A stretch of 63,930 bases of DNA, filler included, from Squatina squatina (lineage: Eukaryota), in NCBI GenBank assembly GCA_031763465.1. It is 4 parts of 4 records of this genome, joined end to end, with 100 filler letters (N's around TTAATTAATTAA, not from the genome) between each part and the next. Parts side by side here need not be neighbours in the genome. Positions count along the whole stretch, not along the records: positions 50,838 to 63,930 come from JARFOE010000016.1; 3 more parts are not named here. One strand, 5' to 3'. Under the pieces are notes generated by a model that did no database searches, was not told the DNA's origin, and was given only the letters and a program-made list of their open reading frames with translations. Within the stretch, counting starts at the first letter, position 1. The number at the start of each line of letters is the position of its first letter. The translations under genes were made by a program, and so were the position numbers. Positions 63,290 through 63,930 of the stretch are shown in pieces.

Positions 63290-63930
63290 CCAACTAATTT
63301 GGCACTGACAGTCCTAAGAACGTTGCTGTGGGAAATGGCAAAAATGCCACATTGGGTTTGAGGCTGAAGCGCCTTGTTGAAGCAGCATGGAGGGAATATT
63401 GTTCTGCATTTAGCTATGCTCCGCATGACCTGGGAGTGCTGCCAAATCGGGGGCGCACAATTCGGGCTGGGCGCTTCTGGGGCAATAGTGGGCAGGAGCT
63501 GGCAATTTTCTCTTCGGCTCCCAAACCCCGCCGTTCGCCGCAGTGTTCTGGGGCGGGAGCAAGGCACAGCGATGCCGGCCTCACTCCTAGGCAGAACTGG
63601 GGTGGTTGGTCGGGGATGTCACTGGTGTGGCATCTACGCCACGCCAGCGACGTCAGCTGTGCTGTGACAGCATCGCTGCGTGCTGATGTCAGGAGCAAGG
63701 CCAAGCCTCCCTTAAAAGGGAGGGTCGCCGGCCATCCAGACGGTGCCCTACGGCCTGCCACTGGTCCACTAGGGACGCCGGCGACTGGGCCACTCGTGCC
63801 AGGCGAGGGGATGGTGGTCCGATCCGTCTGTGGGCCGCTATCAGTCAGCTGACATGAGAGTTGGTTGACAAACAAAGTCGGCGGCCACAAGCCCTACCCT
63901 TTAAGAGGGCCGTTACAGCCGCGTCCCCTG
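63290..63930. repeat. GC-rich interspersed repeat in an ERC2 intron
   Basis: CpG-rich, with cccttaaaagggagg and ccctttaagagggcc motifs also seen near 59520. Its overlapping ORFs lack recognisable domains. Confidence 0.45.

Noticed and set aside
63082-63890. Overlapping GC-rich ORFs of 158-174 aa, or a CpG-island promoter
   Set aside because: The ORFs are open because of high GC in an interspersed repeat within an ERC2 intron, and they have no domain signatures.

Overview
Eukaryotic, intron-rich vertebrate DNA. The repeat content (CR1/L2 LINEs, Deu-type SINEs, Penelope-like pieces) points to a cartilaginous fish; this is inferred, not confirmed. The window is not one locus. Three artificial N44-TTAATTAATTAA-N44 linkers split it into four unrelated scaffolds, and many 100-N gaps hide sequence of unknown length, with expected exons missing across them. 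Segment A (1-22632): EFHC2 exon 2 (-), three FUNDC1 exons (-), a CpG/CCAAT promoter and five KDM6A/UTX exons (+). Segment B (22733-36485): the last two coding exons and 3' UTR of a ZNF462-like gene (+) and one TMEM50 exon (+). Segment C (36586-50737): SPECC1L and BCR exons (-). Segment D (50838-63930): the 3' exons of ERC2/CAST (-). I found no multi-gene novel system, CRISPR array or RNA gene. Best leads: (1) an in-frame TGA at codon 5 of the canonical KDM6A N-terminus, which turns it into a uORF; (2) loss of the LIR tyrosine in FUNDC1 (YEVL to SEVV); (3) inverted near-identical CR1 tails around that FUNDC1 exon; (4) a possible ZNF462 paralogue next to TMEM50; (5) an L2/CR1 chimera joined at the homologous RT position. 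Orthologue comparisons are from recalled human sequences, not database searches. Repeat boundaries are approximate.
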